Shown here in pieces: positions 10,240 through 18,988 of a stretch of DNA of 64,000 nt (the first letter of the stretch is position 1; every line of letters starts with the position of its first letter). Below the pieces are notes generated by a model. It saw nothing but the letters and a program-made list of their open reading frames with translations. It was not told the DNA's origin and made no database searches. Both the position numbers and the translations under genes were made by a program. The stretch is from Candidatus Helarchaeota archaeon (GTDB taxonomy: Archaea; Asgardarchaeota; Lokiarchaeia; Helarchaeales; RDOG01), in contig JALGVI010000006.1 in the NCBI GenBank assembly GCA_029838215.1, forward strand, positions 38,385 to 102,384. The letters are read 5' to 3'.

Positions 10240-10700
10240 CAGGAAGCCTCCAGAACTTTTGTTGCTATTGCATGAGCATTATTAATTAAGTCTTCCAGAA
10301 TTTCGTTCTTCAAGATCTCTTCGATTTTCTTGTTAAAAGTTGAAATTCGTTGAGTTTTAAATAACTCGAGATACATGTCATAAAACAAGAGAAAAGCCTG
10401 TGAAATCGTCTTGATATCCCCCATGAATGTTTTCTTTTCTTGTTTTTCCAAGATATCCTGAGCTTTATTAGCCAAAATTCTTTTTACCGTGGAAGGAAGC
10501 TCGGGATACTGCGTTATTTCTAAGTCGATTTGGAATTTTTTTGCCAATTGCTTGAGAGGTTCCAAATAATCTTCTCTATCTAAAATATATTGCCGGTTCT
10601 TTATCTTAATCACGTCGAATTTCTTCTGTTGTCCCAAAAAATTGGAGCGATCCTTGACAGACATGCCTTCTGGATAATTTATTTTTATCAAGTAATCCAA
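10239..10700 (-). CDS. Hypothetical protein
   Basis: 153 aa ORF with TTG start and an upstream GGAGG; host-like composition. Confidence 0.75.
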   Translation of the reverse strand: MDYLIKINYPEGMSVKDRSNFLGQQKKFDVIKIKNRQYILDREDYLEPLKQLAKKFQIDLEITQYPELPSTVKRILANKAQDILEKQEKKTFMGDIKTISQAFLLFYDMYLELFKTQRISTFNKKIEEILKNEILEDLINNAHAIATKVLEAS

Positions 10701-10971
10701 ACGGATTCCTCCATTTACTTCCCATTTAAATCTTGTTTATGAGCCATTTATATTTATAATTAGCGGTTTATGTTCTATTTACTTTTCCTTTATTTTTCAT
10801 TTATCTTATTTAAAAGGAGGAAATCCTGCAATTGATCCAAAAACAACAGCATTTTCAAGGAATTACATGTAATGATCTTGAACCAAATTAAGACTTATTA
10901 TTGAATGATACCGAGCCATCACCAAGATATTACGTGCCTGATCCGACTGAAACTAAAAAGAAGATATTTTG

Positions 10972-11781
10972 TTAAAGAAATTGAGTTAGGGATTTTGCAT
11001 CATTCGACTTCTCTTTAGGGAGGAAGGGAAATATTTCGGAATTAAAACGAGCCTTTTTCTTGATTATTGATTCGTATTCCTTGTTTATTTCGAATCCTAT
11101 TACATTTCTACCCAATCGTCGGCATGCAAGGATGGTACCACCACTCCCACTAAAAATGTCCCCTACCCAATCACAAGGATCAGATGAGATCTTTATGATT
11201 TTTTCGAGCATGACAATGGGTAATTGACAGGGATGCCCCTTAATTCTGTCGGGGTCATTTCCACGATTGTATTTTGGCCAATACCACACGTCATTTTCAT
11301 ATTTTTCACCCTTTCGTTTTGTATTTGGGTTCGAGTATTGTGGATAAAATTTGTAATTCTTCTTGTCCTTCACGAGAAAGAGAATGTGATAATGACTCGT
11401 GACATATTTTTTCTTGGTAAACACGCCCCAGCTGAAATGCCAAATGATATGATTGAGCAGCGTAAAATTTGTTTTTTTTACGGCGTTTAGGATTTCCCCA
11501 ATTCTTGTCCAACCGCTAATCACGTATAAAGAACCGTCAGGAGTCAAGGCATCAAAACACCGTGAAATCCACTTATAGGAAAAAATCTCATATTCGTCGG
11601 CGGTGAATTTATCATCGTATAAGATATAATCAGAAGCACCATATTCATGACTGCTCTTGTCAAACTCCAGACCAAAAGGAGGGTCTGCAATCATGAGATG
11701 GAATTTTTCCTTGTACTTCGGCAACAAATCCATGATGTCGCCAATGATGAGTTCATAATGGGGTTTTTTTGGTTCACTCAT
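10972..11781 (-). CDS. Beta-group DNA N6-adenine/N4-cytosine methyltransferase (paralog of 5127-6026)
   Basis: IADPPF, HPCQLP, VGDIFSGSGGT, VIGFEIN. Shares DPPFG..FDK and SHYH.LF.VK with 5127-6026. Confidence 0.93.
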   Translation of the reverse strand: MSEPKKPHYELIIGDIMDLLPKYKEKFHLMIADPPFGLEFDKSSHEYGASDYILYDDKFTADEYEIFSYKWISRCFDALTPDGSLYVISGWTRIGEILNAVKKTNFTLLNHIIWHFSWGVFTKKKYVTSHYHILFLVKDKKNYKFYPQYSNPNTKRKGEKYENDVWYWPKYNRGNDPDRIKGHPCQLPIVMLEKIIKISSDPCDWVGDIFSGSGGTILACRRLGRNVIGFEINKEYESIIKKKARFNSEIFPFLPKEKSNDAKSLTQFL

Positions 11782-11787
11782 TTAAAA

Positions 11788-13126
11788 TCAGGTTTTTTTC
11801 TTTTTGGACTTTTTCTTTTTCTTTGTTTTTTTTGCAGTCTTTGATTTTTTGGCTTTTTTAGTTTTTTTCGCTTTTTTGGCCTTCTTCTTCTTTTTTGGTT
11901 TTACCACTTTTTCTTCCTTTTCGGGCTCTTCCGGCGTTTCTTCTTCCGCGGGCAATTCTTCTTTGGCGGGTTTTTTCGCCTTTTTCACTTTTTTCTTTTT
12001 CTTCTTGGCTTTTTTCGTTCGGGCTCTTCCGGCGTTTCTTCTTCCGCGGGCAATTCTTCTTTGGCGGGTTTTTTCGCTTTTTTCACTTTTTTCTTTTTCT
12101 TCTTGGCCTTTTTCGCCTTTTTGGCTTTCTTCTTCTTTTTTGGTTTTGCCACTTTTTCTTCCTTTTCGGGCTCTTCCGGCGTTTCTTCTTCCGCGGGCAA
12201 TTCTTCTTTGGCGGGTTTTTTCGCCTTTTTCACTTTTTTCTTTTTCTTCTTGGCTTTTTTCGTTCAACAGGTGATAATTCTTGTATTTTAACTTCGGTGG
12301 CGTCTTCGAGCGTGATTTCAACGGGTTTTCGTTCAGATGGAGGTGCTTTCGTTTCATCCACGACTGCTTTTGATCCTGCTTGCCGCTCTTCGATCATCGG
12401 GCGTTCCACGAGAGGCATCACGATTTGTGGTTCTAAAGAAGGTTGTTCTTCAGAGCTTGCTTCCAATTCTGCGATGCGTTCTTTAAATTCTTTATCAATT
12501 CGTTCACTCAAGTACTCATTTACTTCCAAAAGAGTTGACTCGTCCACGTTTTCAATTTCAAATAAAAAGTCCCGCTCCACCTCGAGTTTCACTTCAAACA
12601 AGGTCTTGGTTTTTAATAAATCAGAATAAAGCAATTGGATGACGTGATCGATGACGTATTGAGCCCTGTTTTCTTTCGTTAATTTATATCGATTTAATAT
12701 GAGATGCATTACCTTTCCCTGCTTCAAGAATACCCAATTATTCTTAACGCCAATCTCGGGTGGCTCTACACCAATCAAGCGGCATTTTTGCCGAATATCT
12801 TCCAATAGTTCTTTAGAAATAAAATCAAACCACTTATTCTCTTCAGGAAGAAATAGCTTGCTATCACGTTTAAAGAAGGGCTTTCGGATTATTTTTTTAG
12901 GGAAAAGTAAATCAATCAGTTCCATGCCAAAATAGTGAACCTGCAATTCTTCGCTTAATTTCGTGGATACGGCATTAAATTTATCAAGTAATTCTTTTTT
13001 TCGCAATTCGTATCGGTGAAGTATCTCTAATTCTTTTCTAAAAACACTCTCTTGAATATCGGTTAATCCGCGTGCTTGCATTTCCCTTAAACTATTGATA
13101 AATTCGTGATATTTATCCTCGATCAT
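11788..13126 (-). CDS. Protein with globular N-terminus (possibly a degenerate DUF45/YgjP-like domain), acidic linker and histone-H1-like Lys-rich repeat tail; split over three frames by two -1 shifts
   Basis: ORFs 12230-13126, 11985-12233 and 11788-12357 join into about 446 aa if -1 shifts occur at CGA AAA AAG (12254-12260 and 12009-12015). The final stop at 11788 lies just upstream of the MTase start at 11781. Confidence 0.7.
11870..12265. repeat. Intragenic tandem repeat: three copies of a roughly 96-99 bp unit (KKAKKKKKKVKKAKKPAKEELPAEEETPEEPE) within a 245-bp-period duplication
   Basis: gggctcttccggcgtttcttcttccgcgggcaattcttctttggcgggttttttcgc occurs near 11923, 12021 and 12168. Confidence 0.95.
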
Positions 13127-13162
13127 CTTTCCACCAGAAGGATTTTAGGGATAAGGACATAA

Positions 13163-13633
13163 TTAAGAATGAAAATTGATAAAGATTTTCTTCAATCTTT
13201 TCAATTGCATGCTATTTTTCAATGTTTTAAGGAGTTTTTCGATTTTATTTGGATGAACGTTTATGATAGAATGCAATCTCATTGGATCATTTGGTAACTT
13301 ATATTCATTTAAGTTAATTCTTGATTTATAACATGCATCTATAATCCATTCTTCTAATCTGGGACAAATTTGAACGATGAGGTTATTTTTCTTGGGTTCT
13401 TGGAATAATTTTAAATTGAACTCGTTATATTCTTTAAATAACTGAAATTTTTCATTAAAACTTTTTGGAATGGGTTTACCGGGATCTTCATCAATCATTC
13501 CTACGTTATTTTCATCTTTGATTAATCGCTTTATCACGCCAGATTTGTTACCTGAATGCCTAATTTTTATCGGATATCCCCTAATCAAGATTTTAACTAA
13601 TTTTTCGTCGGCTTTACATTCTACGAAAATCAA
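13163..13633 (-). CDS. TOPRIM-like small protein, partner of the ABC/AAA ATPase
   Basis: N-terminal IFVECKAD (VEG.D-like) and MIDED (DxD-like); overlaps the ATPase stop (ATGA). Confidence 0.6.
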   Translation of the reverse strand: MIFVECKADEKLVKILIRGYPIKIRHSGNKSGVIKRLIKDENNVGMIDEDPGKPIPKSFNEKFQLFKEYNEFNLKLFQEPKKNNLIVQICPRLEEWIIDACYKSRINLNEYKLPNDPMRLHSIINVHPNKIEKLLKTLKNSMQLKRLKKIFINFHS

Positions 13634-14616
13634 TGGTCAGGCTCCAAAAAACGATCTATTTCAAAGAAAATATCTGCTCCTGCATCCAACAATTCTCCCA
13701 GTTCAGATTTCTTCAGGATTTTAACCTTTGTTTGATAGTCTTCATAATACGTTAGCAGGATATTAAAATCTTTAATGTTCGATTTCTCAATAATGGAAAG
13801 TAGAAAATAAGGATTATGCGTGGTGATGAAATATTGATTATTTCTTTCTTGTAAAGCAATTTTTTCGGCTAAAAACTTGCAATAATAAGGAAATGAATTA
13901 GAAGCGGGTTCTTCAAAGACGATGGTAGAGATTTGATTCGACAAAATAGCCACTAAATAAAAAATGATTCTTTGAAGAGTGTCTGAAAGTAAATTATAAG
14001 GATATGAATACAATTTATTGTCTTGCATTTTCACGATTTCATAAATTTGATCGGGTAGTTTTAACATTAATTTTAGACCAAATTTTTCAAAAATCGGATA
14101 TATTTCATCTTGTAGTGCTTTTCTTGAAGACAAAACTTTAAACAAATTCTCCCCAAATGGGGGATATAAAAAATCTAATTGTTTTCCAGCATATTTTATG
14201 GTAGGCTTGAATCTATAGAATCTTACCTTAAAGACATCATTGAAACTTTTATTTTTAGGGGGAATTTCATCAATGTTACAAACAAAATCATGTTTTTTTT
14301 GCCCATGAATTGAATAGAAACCCCGATATTGATCGTCCTTAAAAAATAAGGAAAAGAAACCACGATTTGTACGTATTTCTATTGGATAATCTATCAGTTG
14401 ATCGAAAAAAATTTGGCTTAAACTACTCATTCTGACGAATGAATTCATTGAGCCATATTTTGGAAATGATAACAAGCTTATCGCTTCTAATATATTAGAT
14501 TTTCCTGTATTGGGTTCTCCTATCAATACATTAATCTTTTTACAATTAAACTTGATATTTTTTATTGACTTAAATTTTGAAATTTCTACACGATCTATCA
14601 AATCTACTCTGCTCAC
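13630..14616 (-). CDS. AAA_15/AAA_21-type ABC-fold ATPase (OLD/AbiEii/PARIS-like class)
   Basis: FKSI at the N-terminus, Walker A GEPNTGKS, signature-like LSDTLQR, Walker B-like IVFEEP, H-loop ITTHNPY; visibly more AT-rich than the flanks. Confidence 0.88.
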   Translation of the reverse strand: MSRVDLIDRVEISKFKSIKNIKFNCKKINVLIGEPNTGKSNILEAISLLSFPKYGSMNSFVRMSSLSQIFFDQLIDYPIEIRTNRGFFSLFFKDDQYRGFYSIHGQKKHDFVCNIDEIPPKNKSFNDVFKVRFYRFKPTIKYAGKQLDFLYPPFGENLFKVLSSRKALQDEIYPIFEKFGLKLMLKLPDQIYEIVKMQDNKLYSYPYNLLSDTLQRIIFYLVAILSNQISTIVFEEPASNSFPYYCKFLAEKIALQERNNQYFITTHNPYFLLSIIEKSNIKDFNILLTYYEDYQTKVKILKKSELGELLDAGADIFFEIDRFLEPDH

Positions 14617-14812
14617 AAATATTCATGAGATTTTGTTTCTCAATATTGCTTTTATAAATCATTCATAAAAAAATTTGGTTTTCCTTTTAGTAAATTTGAG
14701 AAGATTTAAAAAGCGAAGGGTAAATAGAAAGCAGATTGAAAAATTTTTAAGACATATAGCTTCGCGTTTCGCTACTTGAAAGCATTTTGCCAGAGTATTA
14801 GGCTCTTTCTTT

Positions 14813-14951
14813 TTATAATCTTTTCAGCCCGCAATCTTGTCCATCGTTCATACAGTAATCTTCGATCAACTTTGCTTTGGTCAGTCCATTCTCAAAATAT
14901 CGCTTCATTGGACATATTTAATAACAAAAACATTCTTTTTTTGGTTGTCAT
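14813..14951 (-). pseudogene. Possible decayed small Cys-rich protein
   Basis: The minus strand reads KKECFCY*ICPMKRYFENGLTKAKLIEDYCMNDGQDC, with an internal stop and the start codon out of frame. Confidence 0.3.
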
Positions 14952-15192
14952 CAAGATCACAGAAATGAGCTCATTCAATGAAGAAAGAAAATATCTAAAT
15001 TTAAAGATGAGGAAATCGGTCAAGTAAGAATCAAGCCACAGGACTAAGTTTCCAAGAAAAAACAACATGATAGATCTTCCAAAAGGATTTTAATAGGTTC
15101 TTAACATCTTTAGATTCAGCGATTCACAAAGCAAGTAATTTCGAGTTCACGATTACTTGTAATTGATTTTATCACGGATGAAGGAAATTAAC

Positions 15193-16284
15193 ATGTCAGA
15201 TCCTTATCAAAAAATTGTTGAAAAATTGAATAAGATGGCACTTGGAGCACCAAAATCTCAGAAGTTCATCGAATATTTAAAGTTATATTTTAATGAAGGC
15301 GAAGCCGAGATTATTTCGCATTTGGACAATCTCACGACGAGAACGTTAACGGCGAAAAAGGTTGCTAAATTGGCGGGAAAAGATCCCGAAGAAGTAAAGG
15401 AAATTTTAGAGAATCTCGTGAAAAAAGGTGCTATTTTAAAGCAAGGAAATCGGTACTCTCTTCATGCCATTGTTGATTATTTTGACCTCCCACTTACGGT
15501 TCCTCCCGAGCATGTTACAGAGCGCACGAAAAAAATGGCTCAACTCTCAGAGGATTTTTATAAAGAAGAATGGCACGATGAAGTTTTTTCATCTCAAAGA
15601 CCGTTTCTACGGGTGATTCCAGTTGAAGAAAAGATACAAGCAGGACAAAAAGTAACGAATGCAGATGAGATCTCAGAACGATTGAAAAAAGCCACGCACA
15701 TAACAAAGGTTCGTTGTCCTTGTCGTTCTCGCATGGAGTTGCTCGGTGAGAGGAAATGTAATTATCCACTCGAATCGTGTTTAATGCTCGATTTTCATGG
15801 CGAGAACTATACGGAATTGGGGCTCGGCACGCAATTATCCTATGATGAAGCAATGAAATGGCTTCGAGAAGCCACGGAAATGGGACTCGTTCATCTTGTC
15901 GAAAATTGTGATGAAGGACCATATTTTTTCATATGCTCTTGCTGTGAATGTTGTTGCATGGGTCTTCGCGGTTTGATGGAATTAAACCACCCTCGAGCAG
16001 TAGCCGCCGCTAATTATCATGCCATCGTAAACCAAGAAACCTGCGCTCACTGCGATCCTGCATCATCTAAATCCTGCGTTTCGGTCTGTAAATTCGGTGC
16101 GGCAACTCAAGTGGATGGAAATATCGTGATCGATAAAGATAAATGCATGGGTTGTGGAGTATGTGCAGCCATTTGTCCTACAGAGTCAATCACGTTAAAA
16201 AGAATCGAACGAGAGAAGATTCCACCGAATCTAGCTTCACTATATGGGGAAATTTCACGAGAAAAAGGACGTCCCCTTATCTGA
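15193..16284 (+). CDS. 4Fe-4S binding protein with N-terminal winged-helix-like region
   Basis: CPCR, CxxxxxxC, CSCCECCC cluster, and C-terminal ferredoxin motifs CAHC...CVSVC and CMGCGVCAAICP. Confidence 0.9.
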   Translation: MSDPYQKIVEKLNKMALGAPKSQKFIEYLKLYFNEGEAEIISHLDNLTTRTLTAKKVAKLAGKDPEEVKEILENLVKKGAILKQGNRYSLHAIVDYFDLPLTVPPEHVTERTKKMAQLSEDFYKEEWHDEVFSSQRPFLRVIPVEEKIQAGQKVTNADEISERLKKATHITKVRCPCRSRMELLGERKCNYPLESCLMLDFHGENYTELGLGTQLSYDEAMKWLREATEMGLVHLVENCDEGPYFFICSCCECCCMGLRGLMELNHPRAVAAANYHAIVNQETCAHCDPASSKSCVSVCKFGAATQVDGNIVIDKDKCMGCGVCAAICPTESITLKRIEREKIPPNLASLYGEISREKGRPLI

Positions 16285-16416
16285 TTTTTCATTAAAAGTA
16301 ATTCTTTTCTCTTTTTCTTTACAAACAAAGAAAAATAAGATAATTTTAAATAAACGTAACCATTTTATTGACATGCTGACAATAATAGAATATAAATTGA
16401 AGGCAAGATTTTTGAG

Positions 16417-16794
16417 GTGAAAGTAATGGATGATCAAGCAGAACAAAAAGACATTTTAACGAAAATCATTGATGGTACAACAAAAGCCATAGAAAGTGTC
16501 GTGAAGGGAACTCAAGAAGTGGTTGACAGCATCCTTGGAAAGGAAGGAGAGGAGCCTAGTGAAATAGGTAAATTCATTAAAGATACTCGGCAAAAAATTC
16601 GTGAATCTTTGGGACTGGAAGGAGATGAACAGGGTGGTCTTAAAAAAATCATTGAAGACACCCGAAAGCGAATTCGAGAATCACTGGGTTTGGAAACAGA
16701 AGGAGAAGAATTGGATTTAACCAAGGTCTTCACGAAAATGAGAAATCGCGTTCGAGAACTTTTAGGAATGGAGCCACTTCCCGAAAGTGAATAA
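16417..16794 (+). CDS. Hypothetical protein with three amphipathic helical repeats
   Basis: KFIKDTRQKIRESLGLE / KIIEDTRKRIRESLGLE / KVFTKMRNRVRELLGME. Confidence 0.8.
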   Translation: MKVMDDQAEQKDILTKIIDGTTKAIESVVKGTQEVVDSILGKEGEEPSEIGKFIKDTRQKIRESLGLEGDEQGGLKKIIEDTRKRIRESLGLETEGEELDLTKVFTKMRNRVRELLGMEPLPESE

Positions 16795-16821
16795 AAAATC
16801 TTTATTTCTTTATTTTTTTAA

Positions 16822-18084
16822 TCATACTCTTTGATAATTGACTCCTTTTTGTATTCCTTCAATTTTAAATAAGTCATCATCTTTGATTAAATCCTTGATG
16901 TATTCTAAATCAAATTGAGCAAAGAAAATCGGTTCAAGCAAGTTCTCATCCTGTTTCCATTCCCGTGATAAGGAATTTCTCAAATCAGGACTGTTTAGGA
17001 TTTGTTGACCAATTTTAGTATTTTTGTAGAGCCTAAAATTAAAGTTAACGCCAACAGAATCTGGACGATGCGTCTTCAGGAAGTTGATCATGCGCTCTAC
17101 TGACGACTTTGGCTCGTTTGGAAAACCAACTAATAAATCCAAAGCCAGCTTGATGCCTTGCTCCCTGCAACATTTAATGAAGAACTCTAGATCAGAATAA
17201 TCGTATCCCGACATCTTCTGTTCAGGTTCGTAGCTATCGACAGAACAGGTGATCAGGGACACCTTGGACATTTTTAACAGGCGGAATAGCTCTTCTGAGA
17301 TGGGTGTTGGCTTCATGTATAGTGCCCACGTCATGTTGAAATCCCGCTTGACGAGTTCCTTGCAGAAATTAATTGAATAATCCAAATCAATGTTGAATTC
17401 ACTATCGCAAGTATGAAAACGATTATATCCTTGGCCGATTAAATGCTCGATCTCCTTTATGACCAAAGCTATCTCCTTGGGAAAATGCCCGGTTCCTGCT
17501 TCGACACAGTAACTGCATTCGTGCGGACATCCTTTCTGAATTTCGATTCCTACGATTCCATCCTTGCCGATGTATCGGGCATAATCGAAATCCGTGCCTC
17601 TCAGGTGCACCAATGCTTGTTTTGGAACACTTTGCCATCCAGAAATAATCTTAGGGATTGATTTTCCGTCTTGAAGGTCATCAAGCAATTTTAAGAGCGC
17701 AAATTCTCCGGGACCCTTGATGCCAAAGTCTGCCCCCAAAAAAGATAGAATTTCATCAGGCATCGCGGTGAACCCCGATCCTCCTAAGACAATTGGAGCA
17801 CCATTATTCTTCAAAACTTTAATGAGGTCTTTGATTTCGTCTAAAAAGAATTGATTATCATAACGAATGGCTGAATCAATATTTCTGATCGTGACTCCGA
17901 TCAGGTCAAACTGGTGATTTTCCAGAGTTTTTTGAATGTCTTCTATTGGATCGTTGCTAAAACAGAGGTCCAACACTTTAACAATATGTCCAGCATCACG
18001 CAAGTACGTTAATAAATACTCCAACCCTATGGGAATCACGGGGGGATTTTGGAACCGATTTGGATTGATAAGAAGTACGTTCAT
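16822..18084 (-). CDS. B12-binding domain / radical SAM protein
   Basis: PPVIPIGLEYL, IGVTIRNID, VLGGSGF, and the CxxxCxxC motif CPHECSYC. Likely start ATG 18084. Confidence 0.92.
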   Translation of the reverse strand: MNVLLINPNRFQNPPVIPIGLEYLLTYLRDAGHIVKVLDLCFSNDPIEDIQKTLENHQFDLIGVTIRNIDSAIRYDNQFFLDEIKDLIKVLKNNGAPIVLGGSGFTAMPDEILSFLGADFGIKGPGEFALLKLLDDLQDGKSIPKIISGWQSVPKQALVHLRGTDFDYARYIGKDGIVGIEIQKGCPHECSYCVEAGTGHFPKEIALVIKEIEHLIGQGYNRFHTCDSEFNIDLDYSINFCKELVKRDFNMTWALYMKPTPISEELFRLLKMSKVSLITCSVDSYEPEQKMSGYDYSDLEFFIKCCREQGIKLALDLLVGFPNEPKSSVERMINFLKTHRPDSVGVNFNFRLYKNTKIGQQILNSPDLRNSLSREWKQDENLLEPIFFAQFDLEYIKDLIKDDDLFKIEGIQKGVNYQRV

Positions 18085-18478
18085 GGAATGCCCTTCGCCA
18101 TCTTTTTTTCTTAAAATAACCATCTTTCGATATATTTATCTTATCGAATGAAATAAATACTACTTATTTCTGTTCATCAATTTGAAATAAAAATAAGGAA
18201 TAACTCCATGGTTATGTAAATGAAGGATTTATAAAGATTTATAAATTTGAACCAAAGTCTTAATTGCATCAACTTCAGTTCCCCGATGAATACGGTACCA
18301 AAAGATCTCGTGGTTTCGTATCTTGAGAAGAATGCTGTAATGAAAGCCGCATGGGAACAGAACAAAGACAAACCATCATAAATCTAATATCAATCTCTAA
18401 CCCATCTATTTCATTTTTAAACAAGTTTTTTATATGAATGAATTCTTGTTTGAGTGAATAAAATCACGGTCAACGGAC

Positions 18479-18964
18479 TTGATAGAAATGAGATGTAACG
18501 AACTCTACAGCAAGGAAATGATTCGAAATGTGCCGGGTTGGAGTACAGCTCCCGTTCCTCTTTGTTTTGGTGGTGATTATAGGGCTTTGACATTTTGCTG
18601 TCATCCTGCGTATCCGCTTACGTTTTCCTCACATTGCAAGAGAAAGAATGTATTGAGTTCACTTGGAATTACGGAAGAGGAATTTGTCAAGATAAAGGAT
18701 GAATTTGCGGATGAATACGATTTATGGGATGATTCCGTTTGTTTTAAATCCTTGAGTTATTGTTGTATGCGCCGTGGCGGATGTCCTGGAAACCGTGATA
18801 GAGTCTTGATTCGAAAGTATGGAAATGGAACAGAACGGGGATTGACCGATGAGATACTTGAAAAGTATTTCAAGATGAAAAAAGAATTGGCAATTCGAAT
18901 CTTGAAGAAGGCACGCAGGCAAGATCTCGTGGAAGAATACATTAAAGAAATGGAAGGACCTTGA
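18479..18964 (+). CDS. Methanogenesis marker 9 domain-like Cys-rich protein
   Basis: W..AP..LCFGGDYRALTFCC, LG..EEF..IK, VCFKSLSYCC..GCP.RD..L, Y..MKKELA pattern. Confidence 0.8.
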   Translation: MIEMRCNELYSKEMIRNVPGWSTAPVPLCFGGDYRALTFCCHPAYPLTFSSHCKRKNVLSSLGITEEEFVKIKDEFADEYDLWDDSVCFKSLSYCCMRRGGCPGNRDRVLIRKYGNGTERGLTDEILEKYFKMKKELAIRILKKARRQDLVEEYIKEMEGP

Positions 18965-18988
18965 TTTCACGATTTTATAATAAAAGAA

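Noticed and set aside
11870-12265. Possible CRISPR array
   Set aside because: The units are about 100 bp, coding and contiguous, without unique spacers; no cas genes.
11804-12629. Phe-rich plus-strand ORFs that look like membrane proteins
   Set aside because: They are the reverse complement of the Lys-rich repeat; poly-Phe comes from poly-AAA/AAG.
6113-14616. Canonical BREX system
   Set aside because: There is no BrxC/PglY-size ATPase or BrxA/B/L gene, and the phosphatase looks like the NPP type rather than PglZ.
18479-18964. Assigning the organism as a methanogen from marker 9
   Set aside because: There are no mcr/mtr genes in the window, and the Rab-like GTPase and other features point to Asgard.
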